Made by a program: the position numbers and the translations under genes. This document shows, one piece after another, positions 1 through 9,677 of a stretch of 64,000 nucleotides of DNA; positions within the stretch are counted from its first letter, which is position 1; each line of letters begins with the position of its first letter. Where the stretch lies: the NCBI GenBank assembly GCA_044342325.1, contig JBIIPZ010000011.1, forward strand, positions 1 through 64,000. Reading direction: 5' to 3'. A model generated the notes under the pieces. The model searched no databases. It was not told the origin of the DNA and saw nothing but the letters and a program-made list of their open reading frames with translations. This stretch comes from Terrimicrobiaceae bacterium (GTDB taxonomy: Bacteria > Verrucomicrobiota > Verrucomicrobiia > Chthoniobacterales > Terrimicrobiaceae).

Positions 1-3000
1 GACTGCTATGATTTCGCGATTGTAGGTTCCACTTGTGATTTGAAATGCGTTTGCAATGAAGCTGCTTTGCTCGATGCCGCTATAGAAGTGGATTTGTTGC
101 AGTTGAGAGGTGCTGAGAGCGGTGGTGGTTGCGTTTCCGATGACCACCTGATCCAAGCCACCGCCGGGGTTGCCGCTGTATTCCGTGTTGCCGGTCCAGT
201 TGTAGATGGAGAGGAGCGCGTTAGGATTGTTCCAGTTGATGTTTGTGAAGCGGAGGAGCACGCCATTGCTGCTTGTGCCGAGGTCGATGGTTGAATTGGC
301 GCTGAGGGTGAGCGCTCCCACGTGGCCGTCGTATCCTGCCGCGCCGAAGGCCAGGGTTCCGCCGTTGAGCTCGATGTCGGTATTGGTTCCGATGGCGTCA
401 TCCGCCGTGACCAAGAAAGAGCCGCCGCTGTTCATGACGACTTGAGAGGTGTTGGCGAGTGCGCCAGTGGCGGCGGCTTGGAGGGTGCCGCTATTGACCG
501 TTGTGGTGCCGTTGAATGTTGTCGCTCCGGCGAGTGTTTGAGTGCCGCTGCCGTTTTTCACGAGGTTGCCAGTGCCGGAAATACCGCCGCTATAGGTAGT
601 GGTTGAGCTTCCGTTGATCGTGAGCGTATTGGCGTTGAGGTTTACCGAGGCTGCGCTTGTGCCGCTGAGGGATGCGATGGATTGGTTGGCGCCGAGAGCG
701 AGCGTGGAGCCTGTGCCGTTAATTGTCACGGCGCTGAGCGTGCTGGTTGGCAGGGCTCCCGCGACGCTGGCGTTCAGGGTGGCTCCATTGATGATAAATG
801 TTGGGCCGTTGTATGAATTCGCGCTGGCGAGCGTTGTAGTGCCACCATCGATGACGAGGTCGGAGTTGTTGGCGGAGCCGCTGATGACTCCGCTCACCGT
901 GATGCCGTTGCTGCCGCCTGCGAGGGTGAGTGTGGTGCCATTTTTGCTGAGGGCACCGGAGAGGGTGAGTGCGCCGCCAGTGTTGCGGATTGTGCCTGTG
1001 CCGCTCGTGACGGTGATGTTGGCTCCCAGGGAGGCAGGGCCGCCTGTGTAGAGGAGCGCGGTGGCGTTGGCGAGGTTGATGCCGGAGGTGGAGCCGACGG
1101 CGGTTGTGGCGTTGATCGAGAGGTTGCCGGCACTGATCGTCGTGAGGCCGGTGTATGAGTTGGTGCCACCAAGGAACAGCGTGCCGCTACCGGCCTGAGT
1201 GAGGTTTCCCGTGCCGCTGATGCTGTTGGCGAAGTTTGTGCCTTGAGTTATTGTTCCAGAGCGGTTGAAGACCAGCGTGCCGTTGTTTGTGATGGTGCTG
1301 CTAATGGAGAGGTTGCCGCTTGTGCCTCCTGCACCGATTTGGAGTGTGCCTGCATTGACAACCGTGGTGCCATTGTAGCCGTTGTTTCCTGTAAGAACAA
1401 GTGTGCCTGCGCCTGCTTGGGTCAGGTTGCCAATTCCAGATATGGCATTGGAAACAGTGAGGCTATCCGAGCGGTTGAAGACGAGATTGGCATTATTGGT
1501 GATCGAAGTGGAGGATGAAAGGCTGCCACTTGTCCCTCCCGCACCGATTTGCAGGGTGCCGGCGTTGATGATCGTTGCTCCGGTGTAGGTGTTGTTTCCA
1601 GATAGTATTACTATAGGCTTTCCGGAGCCTGCGGTGCTCAAAGTTACAGCTCCCGATGCCCCGCTGATAACCCCCGATATATTGGTGGTGCCATTGCCTT
1701 GAAGGAGCGTGGTGTAGCCGGCCGTGCTAATGTTGCCGCTGATCGTCAGCAAGCTTTCTGCATCGGCTTGGATGCGGGTATTATTGGCTTGGGTGGTAAT
1801 GTCACCCGTCCAAGTGTTATTGCCGCTTATGTTGCGAAGTGCGCCGTCATTGTTAAAGCCGCCCCCTGTAAGCGAGAGAGTTTCACCAGTGATCGTGATG
1901 TTTCCTTGAAGTTGGAGAGCGGCTCCGCTGGCAACGGTCGTGCCGCCAACGGCGGTTCCAAGGGCATTGTTGTGCCGGATGTTCAGAACACCGGCGTTGA
2001 TGGTGGTGACGCCGTCGTAACTGTTGCTGCCAGTAAGAGTCAGTGTGCTGGAGCCGTTTTTGGTCAGGGCACCACCACCTGAGACTATGCCTGCGAAGGT
2101 GCCGGTTGCTGTTTGGTTCACCGTGAGAGCCTGAGAAGCGGCGATACTGATATCGCCGCCGTTTGAGCCGCCACCGCTGAGGGTGCCGATTGTTTCGCTG
2201 GCGGCAACATGAAGATTCGCACCCGTGGCGTTTCCAAGCGTGACCACTCCGCTGTCCGAGATTGCCGATCCGCCAGAGATGGTGAGGTTGCCGGCGCTGA
2301 TGGTCGTGGTGCCGGTGTAAGAGTTCGCGCCGGAAAGAACGAGCGTGCCAGCGCCATCTTTTGTCAGCGTGCCAGTAGTGGTGGCGATTGCGTTGCTCAC
2401 GGTTGTATTGCCAGCGCCGCCGATGGTGAGGTTTTGAGTGCCACTGATGCCTCCCGAGAGGGTGAGCAGGTCGGCATCGGAGTTGATGCGGGTGGCGCCG
2501 GCGAGGGTGATCGCCCCGCCGTAGGTGTTGCTGCCGGAGATGTTTCGCAGGGCGCCATCGGTGCTCACACCGTTGCCTGTGAGGGAGAGGGCTTCGGCGC
2601 CCACTGTGATGCCACCTTGCAGTTGCAGGGCCGCCCCGGAAGAGACAGTGGTGCCATTGGCCGTGGTGCCAAGCCCATTGGCGTGCTGGATATTTATAAC
2701 ACCTGCGCTGACTGCCGTGGAACCGGAGTAGGTATTGTTACCGGAAAGAGTCAGTGTGCCGGTGTCGCTTTTCGCGAGCGCGCCGTTGCCAGAAATGATG
2801 CCGGAGAGGGTTTGGGCAGCGGTGGTATTCAGCGTGAATGTGCCGCTATTCGAAATGTTGCCCGAGTAGGCTCCGCCGCCTAGCAACCCACTGCCACCGA
2901 GAGCCAATGTGCCGGCGCTGATCATGGTATCGCCTGAGTAGGTATTGCTGCCAGTGAGCGTGAGGGTGTTGTTGCCAAGTTTCGTGAGGGCTCGGGAGGC

Positions 3001-4653
3001 CGTGAGGGCGATGGATTGCGTAAAGTTGCCGGCGGTTGTGTCGAGAGCGACCCCTGAGGCGGCGTTAAGCGTAAATGTGCCATTGCCATTATTATTAAAA
3101 ATATCCGCCACATTGTTGCTGTAATCTATAGAGGCGTTTCCCACACCAAGGCCTAAAGTGCCTGCAGCCGCTACTGTAACAGCCGTGTTTGCGCTTCTGG
3201 CGGAGGTCTTCTGGAAAACCAAGGTGCCATTGTTAATGCTCGTGGCGCCGCTGTAGGTATTAGCACCAGAGAGCACCCAGGTGCCGGCGTCAGCCTTGAT
3301 AAGGCCGACAAGACCGGTGGAGGCCGTGTTATCTACGATAGCACCTTGAATAGTGTTGAGGTCGGTATTGGTGCCCCCAAGAGTGAGAGTGCGGTTTGCG
3401 GTCGTGCTAGCGGTTGCTTGGTTGAATGTCCCACTACTGAATACCAGGGCGCCGCTGCCATCGTTTCGAATGATGGCGTTGCCGGTATCGGTCACGGCAT
3501 TCGCGACTCGTATCCTGCGGTCGGTTGTGACTCCGGCGCCGGTGTATTGCAGGGTGGCATTGGTAGTGGCAGCTCCTAAGTATATTTGCGCAGTGTTATT
3601 GCCAAAGACACCACTCGTGCTTTGGTTGTTCATCGAGCTCACGGAAAGCGTGCCGGCACTGACCAATGTGCCACCAGCATAGGCATTGTTTCCAGACAAG
3701 GTAAGCACGCCCGACATCCCAGCACCCATGGTGAAATTTTGTGCACCGCTGACGACACCGGTGATGCTGATATTCCCTGCACCCTGAAAGATCGGAGCTG
3801 AAGTCATCGTGATATTGCCACCGATGGTCAGCAGGCCAGCAGCACTTTCAATACGGCTGTTCCCTGCCCCAACGGTGATATCACCGTTCCAAGTATTGTT
3901 GCCGCTGACACTGCGGAGGAAGCCGGCGGTTCCGCCATTGTGAGTGAGAACCTCTGCACCGACATTGATATCGCCCTGCAGATTCAGGGATGCCCCCGAT
4001 GCGATAGTGGTCCCGCCCACCGTGCTGCCGAGCGAGGTGTTGTTGCTGATTGTTAGAGTGCCGGCGTTGATGGTGGTGGCACCGTCGTAGGTGTTGGCTC
4101 CCGAAAGGGCGAGCACGCCCGTGCCATTTTTGGAAATGCCAAAGGTCGAGGGTCCATCGGAGATCGCACTGGACACATTGAGGGTGGCGGTGCCTGTGTT
4201 ATTGGTGACAGACCAGGTTTGGTTGCCGCCAAGGATGAGATTGTTCTCGCTGATCGTGTGCGTGCGGGCCGTGGTATTGGGGAGAGTGACCGTGATGCCG
4301 CCCGTGCCGACAGTCAGGTTCCCGCCGCCGTCTGCAATCGTAAAGTTTGCGTCACGGTTAATCCCAAGGCCCAAGGCATTGACATTCGTATTGATCGTCG
4401 CCGTGCTGCCGCCGGTGCCGAAGGTGAGGGTCTGCGTGCCGTCGGTGAGTGAAGAGGGAAGTGCGTTGAAATCCCAGTTGTCTGCGGTGTTGATGTTGGT
4501 GTTTCCACCACCGCCATCCCAAGTCGTGCCGGCATGAGCGACCGGCGATGCGAGCGGAATGCAGAAAACCAGAAAGGCGCTCCAGCAAAGGAGGCGCGCG
4601 GTTTGCTTGGTAAGAAAGTGACCCGGGGATTTTGCGAATGACTGGGGAAACAT
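1..4653 (-). CDS. Large secreted surface protein with autotransporter-associated beta-strand (PATR) repeats, 3'-truncated by window edge; probably PEP-CTERM anchored
   Basis: Absent from the ORF track because there is no stop in the window. Hand translation from ATG 4653 gives signal-like MFPQSFAKSPGHFLTKQTARLLCWSAFLVFCIPLASPVAHA, then GTTWDGGGGNTNINTADNW, and about a dozen GxNTYxGxTTINAGTL repeats. It ends ...LLSIYNWTG...GTYNREIIAV at base 1. Spot-checked lines have no in-frame stop. Confidence 0.9.
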   Translation of the reverse strand, partial: MFPQSFAKSPGHFLTKQTARLLCWSAFLVFCIPLASPVAHAGTTWDGGGGNTNINTADNWDFNALPSSLTDGTQTLTFGTGGSTATINTNVNALGLGINRDANFTIADGGGNLTVGTGGITVTLPNTTARTHTISENNLILGGNQTWSVTNNTGTATLNVSSAISDGPSTFGISKNGTGVLALSGANTYDGATTINAGTLTISNNTSLGSTVGGTTIASGASLNLQGDINVGAEVLTHNGGTAGFLRSVSGNNTWNGDITVGAGNSRIESAAGLLTIGGNITMTSAPIFQGAGNISITGVVSGAQNFTMGAGMSGVLTLSGNNAYAGGTLVSAGTLSVSSMNNQSTSGVFGNNTAQIYLGAATTNATLQYTGAGVTTDRRIRVANAVTDTGNAIIRNDGSGALVFSSGTFNQATASTTANRTLTLGGTNTDLNTIQGAIVDNTASTGLVGLIKADAGTWVLSGANTYSGATSINNGTLVFQKTSARSANTAVTVAAAGTLGLGVGNASIDYSNNVADIFNNNGNGTFTLNAASGVALDTTAGNFTQSIALTASRALTKLGNNTLTLTGSNTYSGDTMISAGTLALGGSGLLGGGAYSGNISNSGTFTLNTTAAQTLSGIISGNGALAKSDTGTLTLSGNNTYSGSTAVSAGVINIQHANGLGTTANGTTVSSGAALQLQGGITVGAEALSLTGNGVSTDGALRNISGSNTYGGAITLAGATRINSDADLLTLSGGISGTQNLTIGGAGNTTVSNAIATTTGTLTKDGAGTLVLSGANSYTGTTTISAGNLTISGGSAISDSGVVTLGNATGANLHVAASETIGTLSGGGSNGGDISIAASQALTVNQTATGTFAGIVSGGGALTKNGSSTLTLTGSNSYDGVTTINAGVLNIRHNNALGTAVGGTTVASGAALQLQGNITITGETLSLTGGGFNNDGALRNISGNNTWTGDITTQANNTRIQADAESLLTISGNISTAGYTTLLQGNGTTNISGVISGASGAVTLSTAGSGKPIVILSGNNTYTGATIINAGTLQIGAGGTSGSLSSSTSITNNANLVFNRSDSLTVSNAISGIGNLTQAGAGTLVLTGNNGYNGTTVVNAGTLQIGAGGTSGNLSISSTITNNGTLVFNRSGTITQGTNFANSISGTGNLTQAGSGTLFLGGTNSYTGLTTISAGNLSINATTAVGSTSGINLANATALLYTGGPASLGANITVTSGTGTIRNTGGALTLSGALSKNGTTLTLAGGSNGITVSGVISGSANNSDLVIDGGTTTLASANSYNGPTFIINGATLNASVAGALPTSTLSAVTINGTGSTLALGANQSIASLSGTSAASVNLNANTLTINGSSTTTYSGGISGTGNLVKNGSGTQTLAGATTFNGTTTVNSGTLQAAATGALANTSQVVMNSGGSFLVTADDAIGTNTDIELNGGTLAFGAAGYDGHVGALTLSANSTIDLGTSSNGVLLRFTNINWNNPNALLSIYNWTGNTEYSGNPGGGLDQVVIGNATTTALSTSQLQQIHFYSGIEQSSFIANAFQITSGTYNREIIAV

Positions 4654-4697
4654 GAATGAAATTTTCGCTTACCTCAGAAATCGATCCAGTGAATTGA

Positions 4698-4737
4698 GTT
4701 TAAAGAAACGGACATCTGTTTAAAAAAATGGACATTT
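4698..4737 (-). promoter_or_regulatory. Tandem 20-bp direct-repeat operator, copy 1 (putative AraC-family site)
   Basis: + strand GTTTAAAGAAACGGACATCT GTTTAAAAAAATGGACATTT, about 45 nt upstream of ATG 4653; near-identical copies at 10553 and 24496. Confidence 0.75.
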
Positions 4738-4820
4738 TTTGGAAAAACGGAAAAGCGGGGCTGTGTTATTCGAGGAGTTAGGACTCTGAAAACGCATCTG
4801 CGAGCGGCTGGGAGGTTCGA

Positions 4821-5035
4821 CAGAATGATGGATGGCAGAATTATCTTTTGGGGGGGTGAGTGGCGCGCTGTCGCGCGATTGCTGTGGCGGCGTCTCTGTG
4901 AGCGACGCGGGATGGTCGTCCGATTCGGCAGTCATAGACAGCCGCTACAGAGGCGTCATTCAAGGTCCTCTTCAATGATTCTGACATCCATGATTCTGCC
5001 CGCCCTACCCCCGGCGCTCATAGAGACGACGCTAC
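4821..5035. repeat. Composite REP-like inverted-repeat cluster
   Basis: CAGAATGATGGATGGCAGAATTAT (4821) pairs with ATGATTCTGACATCCATGATTCTG (4975). GTGGCGGCGTCTCTGTGAGCGACG (4884) pairs with CGGCAGTCATAGACAGCCGCTAC (4926) and CGGCGCTCATAGAGACGACGCTAC (5012). Confidence 0.65.
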
Positions 5036-5058
5036 CGTGCTGCGCGGCAGGACGCCTC

Positions 5059-6417
5059 TTAAAACTCCCCTTCGTGGCGTGATGGGGTGTTTGCGGACAA
5101 CTCCCAAGGCAACAATCTGCCGATAGCCCACAGGGCGTAGAGTGGAAGGTTGAGAATTTTGCCGTCCCTGCGGAGGTTCAACAGAGTGCTGCGCAGCAGT
5201 TGATCGGGACCGAATTTTTCATCGTAGGTTCGCAGGCTTTTGCTTTTGGAATTGATGCCGGCTTTGACCTCGAGCGGCAGGATGTCTCCAGGGGCAGACT
5301 GCCAGAGAAAGTCGACCTCGGCCGTGGCGGATTCATTTTTCCAGTAGTAAAGGCCGCCGCTTGCGATCGTGCGCAGTGTTTGAGCGGCATAATTTTCAAT
5401 GAAGGCACCCTTGAATTCCTGAAAGAGGTCATGACCGCGCACCAGAATGTCGGGCAAAATGTTGGCCATCGCTCCAAGGAGTCCGATATCCAAGGCATAT
5501 ACCTTGAACGCACTCCGGTCCGCATAGGCCGAGAGCGGCTGCCCCGGCTTAGTGACAAGGAAGCACCTCAATATGAGCCCGGCGTTTTCAAGCCAGAGAA
5601 TGGCATTTTCATAATCCCGGGCCCGTGCGGTTTTTTTGAGTGCGGTAAACTGGAATTTCCGGTTCTCGCGCGCCAACTGCGCAGGAATGGAATCCCATAC
5701 TTGCATGAGCTTAGGGATGTCGGTCGTCGGCGCATGCTTGGCAAAATCGAGCACATAGGCGTTCAGGATTTCTTTTTGAATCACCCGGACTTCGGAAAAG
5801 TCGCGAGATCTCGCGTAGCAAGCCACCGCTTCCGGCATTCCTCCCACAAAATAGTAGCGCTTCAACAAATCAACCAGATCCTCGTGGAAGGGCTGTGCAA
5901 AAGGCTCTGCATCCTTTTTTTCCTCCACGAGTTTCCGGTAGCGCGACTCGCCAACCGCATCCAAAAACTCGGGAAACGACATCGGCCTCAGGTCCAAAAA
6001 ATTCACTTTGCCCACTGGAAACGACATAGGTTGCGATAGTTTGACCCCAAGCAGGGAACCCGCAGCGGCGATGTGAAATTCGTTGACCTGCTCCTGAAAA
6101 TACTTCAGCGAGTTTAATGCCTCGTTGCAGGCTTGGATTTCATCAAAAATAATCAGGTCGCTTCCCGGCTTGATTGCTTCTTTGCGGTAAATGCCCAAGG
6201 CCTCGATCAGATCGGCCGGTTTCAGTCTGCCTTGGAAAAAATCTTTCAGCCCCGGGTCCTCCTCAAAATTGAAATACGCGACACCCTCGTATTCGTTCGC
6301 CCCAAACTCGCGGAGCAAATGGGTCTTACCCGCCTGCCTTGCCCCGCGTATTATCAAAGGTTTGCGACGCTCTGCGGTTTTCCATTCACACAATTCCCGA
6401 TAAAGATCGCGTTTCAT
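5059..6417 (-). CDS. AAA_14 ATPase with DUF4143 / C-terminal PD-(D/E)XK-like domain
   Basis: Walker A GARQAGKT, Walker B IIFDEIQ, YYFVGGMPE, C-terminal EVDF...PLEVKAG. Confidence 0.88.
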   Translation of the reverse strand: MKRDLYRELCEWKTAERRKPLIIRGARQAGKTHLLREFGANEYEGVAYFNFEEDPGLKDFFQGRLKPADLIEALGIYRKEAIKPGSDLIIFDEIQACNEALNSLKYFQEQVNEFHIAAAGSLLGVKLSQPMSFPVGKVNFLDLRPMSFPEFLDAVGESRYRKLVEEKKDAEPFAQPFHEDLVDLLKRYYFVGGMPEAVACYARSRDFSEVRVIQKEILNAYVLDFAKHAPTTDIPKLMQVWDSIPAQLARENRKFQFTALKKTARARDYENAILWLENAGLILRCFLVTKPGQPLSAYADRSAFKVYALDIGLLGAMANILPDILVRGHDLFQEFKGAFIENYAAQTLRTIASGGLYYWKNESATAEVDFLWQSAPGDILPLEVKAGINSKSKSLRTYDEKFGPDQLLRSTLLNLRRDGKILNLPLYALWAIGRLLPWELSANTPSRHEGEF

Positions 6418-6864
6418 GACAGAAATTGTTGCGATTCGTGATGCAATGTCAATTATTCATTTGAATAATGTGAAAAATTACACAATTTTTAAATTTATCA
6501 AGCAACGAAAAACTGAAAATGCAGTGCTTCTGCCCAGTCATACAAGCCGAGGATTCCCCGACTACCGAGGTCCGGTAATCGCCACAACGGGAAACACCTT
6601 AGCGAAACACTCTAGAGTTTTTTTGTGAGCGCCTAAGAAACATCTGGCAAATTTCTTACAATCTGACGATGAGTTCCTCAATCTGTAACTTTATGCAAAG
6701 GGATGCGTTTGGAATGATTGAACAGAATAAGAGCAGAGGCGTGGTTCAGACGGGTTTGTGTCGGTGGTTTCTTGAGAATGGTTCTGTGTAATGAATGGGA
6801 GATATTTGAGCTACGCGAGCCGATGACCTTACAGGGGACACAGGGCGTCACAGGGCAGAAGATA

Positions 6865-7569
6865 TCACCGATACCACACCGCAGCATTGGTAACTGGCCC
6901 GGAAACCGATCCGTCAAAAAAAAGCCAGAGACGCTTTCCGCGAAGAGAGCCTTTTGCAGGAAGCAAGCTCATTGCAGCACTGCCACTGTTCCAAGATGCT
7001 TGATCTGCCATGGTGATAATCGCTGCGCGACGAGCCGAGTTCCACACTGTAGCCTCTGAAAGTGATTGAAGCCTCTTGGGGCGGACAGCAGCTGCCGCAG
7101 AGGCTTGCATTGTGGTGCCACCGGACAAATCCCCCCAAATTCTATAATCTGGGGCTGTAGATGGCATTTCACATCTGATGAACTGCGCAGCGTTGGATGT
7201 AGTCTGGGCTTTCGAGGACAATGTCGGATTTTGCAGAACCTTCACAAAACCTGCTTTCCCGTTTGCTGGAGCGCCAAGGTAGGGAGCAAGAAACTGACCA
7301 AGATGCGGCAAGTCATTTGAAGCAACGGGATTTCTCGCATATCCAAAAATCGCAACTGTCGAGGGACCTGGTAATTGACCATCATTCTCCCCCGCATAGA
7401 GCTGGATCGCCGCGCCGATCTGCTTTAGCGAACTCGTCGCCTTCGCTTGATTACCGCTCATGATTGCCGATGAGATTGCCGGAATCGCCAATGCGGCAAG
7501 AACGGCAATGATTGCTACAACCACCAACAATTCGACTAATGTGAAGGCTTGTTTATTGGTTTTAAACAT
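6865..7569 (-). CDS. Prepilin-type N-terminal cleavage/methylation domain protein (PVC-type pseudopilin)
   Basis: KQAFTLVELLVVVAIIAVLAALAIP, SSLKQIGAAIQLYAGENDGQLP, C-terminal LFFDGSV; start reassigned to ATG 7569 (7587 possible). Confidence 0.88.
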   Translation of the reverse strand: MFKTNKQAFTLVELLVVVAIIAVLAALAIPAISSAIMSGNQAKATSSLKQIGAAIQLYAGENDGQLPGPSTVAIFGYARNPVASNDLPHLGQFLAPYLGAPANGKAGFVKVLQNPTLSSKAQTTSNAAQFIRCEMPSTAPDYRIWGDLSGGTTMQASAAAAVRPKRLQSLSEATVWNSARRAAIITMADQASWNSGSAAMSLLPAKGSLRGKRLWLFFDGSVSGPVTNAAVWYR

Positions 7570-7591
7570 TATGCCGCTCCATTTCATATAA

Positions 7592-9625
7592 CTATTTTCC
7601 GCTCGAGAGGATGTCGGAGCAAATGTCTTGGCCGGTGAATCGGTATTTATTCTCACCGATGGCTACTGTTTTTCCATTACTGGATGTGAGCGGCATGGGG
7701 GCGGTGGTGGTGATGACCGCCTGGCTTTCGCCTGGGCCGACTCCGGCGATGAGGAGGCGGACATTGCCCTCCGCGTCGCGGAACTCGCAGGCTACGACCT
7801 CACCTTTCTCGACTTCCAATTTCACCTCGGGAGCGGGCTTGTCGGCGAGGAGGAATGGCTCCAATCCGCGAAGGACACCGCCTACGCGAGAAAGCTCGGC
7901 CCAGCGGCGAGCGAAGTCGGCTTCATTCTGCGGAGCGGGGGCGTCTTTGATGCGGTTGCGATTGGGAGCGTAGAAGACCTCTTCGGTCATGGCGAGCAGG
8001 TTACCCGCATAGAAGATGAAGCCCTTGGCGCCACGGGCGGCCATGTAGAGCGACATGCTCAGCATCTGGTCTTCGGTGGGGTCAAGGAAGCGCTTGGCAT
8101 CCTCGGCGTCCTTGGCTTCGAATGTGCCCATATTGTGGGCCTGTGGAACCACCCAAGTGGGCAGGCCAGTGAGGTCCACGGCATTCATTTGCTTGGCAAC
8201 AATCTTCATCTGCACATTATCGGCAAACTTCACGGGGTAATTGTCCACGCCGATGACATCCTGGCCACCGCCATAGAATGGCAGGTCGTCATTTTGATAA
8301 AAAACAGACCAGGTGGGATGGAAGGGGTCAAGGCGGTTGACAAGAGCGCGGCGTTTTTCCAACCGATCCTTCATGCTCACGGGCAACTCATCGCAGAGAT
8401 ACCAAGCGAGCAATGCGGGGTGGTCTTTAAAGGTCTCCACCACCTTTGTGATCACAGCCGTATCGCCTTGGGCACCCATCCAGTATGTTAATGCATTTCT
8501 GATGCCTTCGTGCGCCCATTGGGTTCCAAAGAGAACCTTGAGACCCTTTTCATTGCTGTAATCGAGGCACTCGCGGATCGACTCGATCGTCGGTTGTTGA
8601 GTTTTATCAAAACGACCGACCATCACATGGTAAGGCATGATGCAATTGAACGGGCTTGCGCCGATACGATCGAGATCGTCTTTGATAAAGTTGTCGATGT
8701 AGAGACCAACTGGCAGGTAGGGCTTGCCGTTTACGATAGCACGGCCCTGGGCGTCGATGAGACAGGCATTGGCAGGAACAGGGCGATCGGCAGGCACCAC
8801 AGTGAGCGGAACGGTTTTTTCCGAGAGGGTATGATTGTTTTTTGGATCAAGAAGCGTGAGCCTCACCTCGGCTTCACCAAGCGGAAGACCAGAAAGATCG
8901 GCCTCAGCTCGCAGGGCGCTCACAGGAGATGTAACCGTCTTGAGCGTATTGCCACCCGAGACGACTTCTGCGCGAAGGGTGAGTTCATCCGAGCGCTTCC
9001 GGAGAGCCGAGTCTTCACAATAGACATTGAAACGCACGAGACCACTCTCCGGAGTGATGGTAGAAATCGCGGGCGAGATCAGGTTAAGCTGAATCACTGG
9101 TTCGTCCAATTTGAGTTCGACATCCTCGAACCAAGCCTCGCCGATTTGCTCCTTGCGAATCATCAGCACAAAGCGGGCGGATGTCGCATTATCGGGAACC
9201 ACTGCGCTGCCTTCGACTTTTGTCCAATCCTGGGCCGAGATGAGACCCGGAGGGTAAGTGGCTTTGATAAATTTGCCGGTCTCGTCATAGAACTCCATAC
9301 CCAGCGTGGCACCCTTGGAGTCTCCTTCGGGACGGACATATCGCATCCAGGCGCTAAACTTGTATTTGGCACCGGGGACGACATTGATTTTTTGATAAGT
9401 GAAAGCCTTGTCCGCCTTGTCCGTGCGCTCGAAAAACAGGGCGCGGGTGCTGCTGCGCCCCCCACCCTGCTCGATCACATAGCCCTTGCCCAATTTCCAA
9501 CCCTCTTCACCCAGCTCAAAGTTGCCGTTTTTCAGCAAAGGAGCAGAGGTTATGTCTTGGGCACGGATTCCAGGCGAGGCGAGAAAGAAGGAACCAAGAA
9601 GGCAGGTGACTATGAATCGAGACAT
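7592..9625 (-). CDS. Secreted CBM4/9-like domain + putative TIM-barrel glycoside hydrolase
   Basis: Signal peptide; LLKNGNFELGEEGW...PGAKYKFSAWMR...GEAWFEDVEL (CBM-like); IVNGKPYLPVGLY; FKDHPALLAWYLCDELP; DVIGVDNYP. Confidence 0.75.
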   Translation of the reverse strand: MSRFIVTCLLGSFFLASPGIRAQDITSAPLLKNGNFELGEEGWKLGKGYVIEQGGGRSSTRALFFERTDKADKAFTYQKINVVPGAKYKFSAWMRYVRPEGDSKGATLGMEFYDETGKFIKATYPPGLISAQDWTKVEGSAVVPDNATSARFVLMIRKEQIGEAWFEDVELKLDEPVIQLNLISPAISTITPESGLVRFNVYCEDSALRKRSDELTLRAEVVSGGNTLKTVTSPVSALRAEADLSGLPLGEAEVRLTLLDPKNNHTLSEKTVPLTVVPADRPVPANACLIDAQGRAIVNGKPYLPVGLYIDNFIKDDLDRIGASPFNCIMPYHVMVGRFDKTQQPTIESIRECLDYSNEKGLKVLFGTQWAHEGIRNALTYWMGAQGDTAVITKVVETFKDHPALLAWYLCDELPVSMKDRLEKRRALVNRLDPFHPTWSVFYQNDDLPFYGGGQDVIGVDNYPVKFADNVQMKIVAKQMNAVDLTGLPTWVVPQAHNMGTFEAKDAEDAKRFLDPTEDQMLSMSLYMAARGAKGFIFYAGNLLAMTEEVFYAPNRNRIKDAPAPQNEADFARRWAELSRVGGVLRGLEPFLLADKPAPEVKLEVEKGEVVACEFRDAEGNVRLLIAGVGPGESQAVITTTAPMPLTSSNGKTVAIGENKYRFTGQDICSDILSSGK

Positions 9626-9677
9626 GGCAGGTCGTTTTCTAATGGAATTTCTGATTAATCACCTGAGAGCGGATGCC

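Noticed and set aside
40..4537. Many plus-strand ORFs over the surface-protein gene
   Set aside because: Antisense shadows of one long repetitive minus-strand CDS
6416..6917. Short ORFs between the ATPase and pilin genes
   Set aside because: No recognisable motifs; AT-rich intergenic sequence
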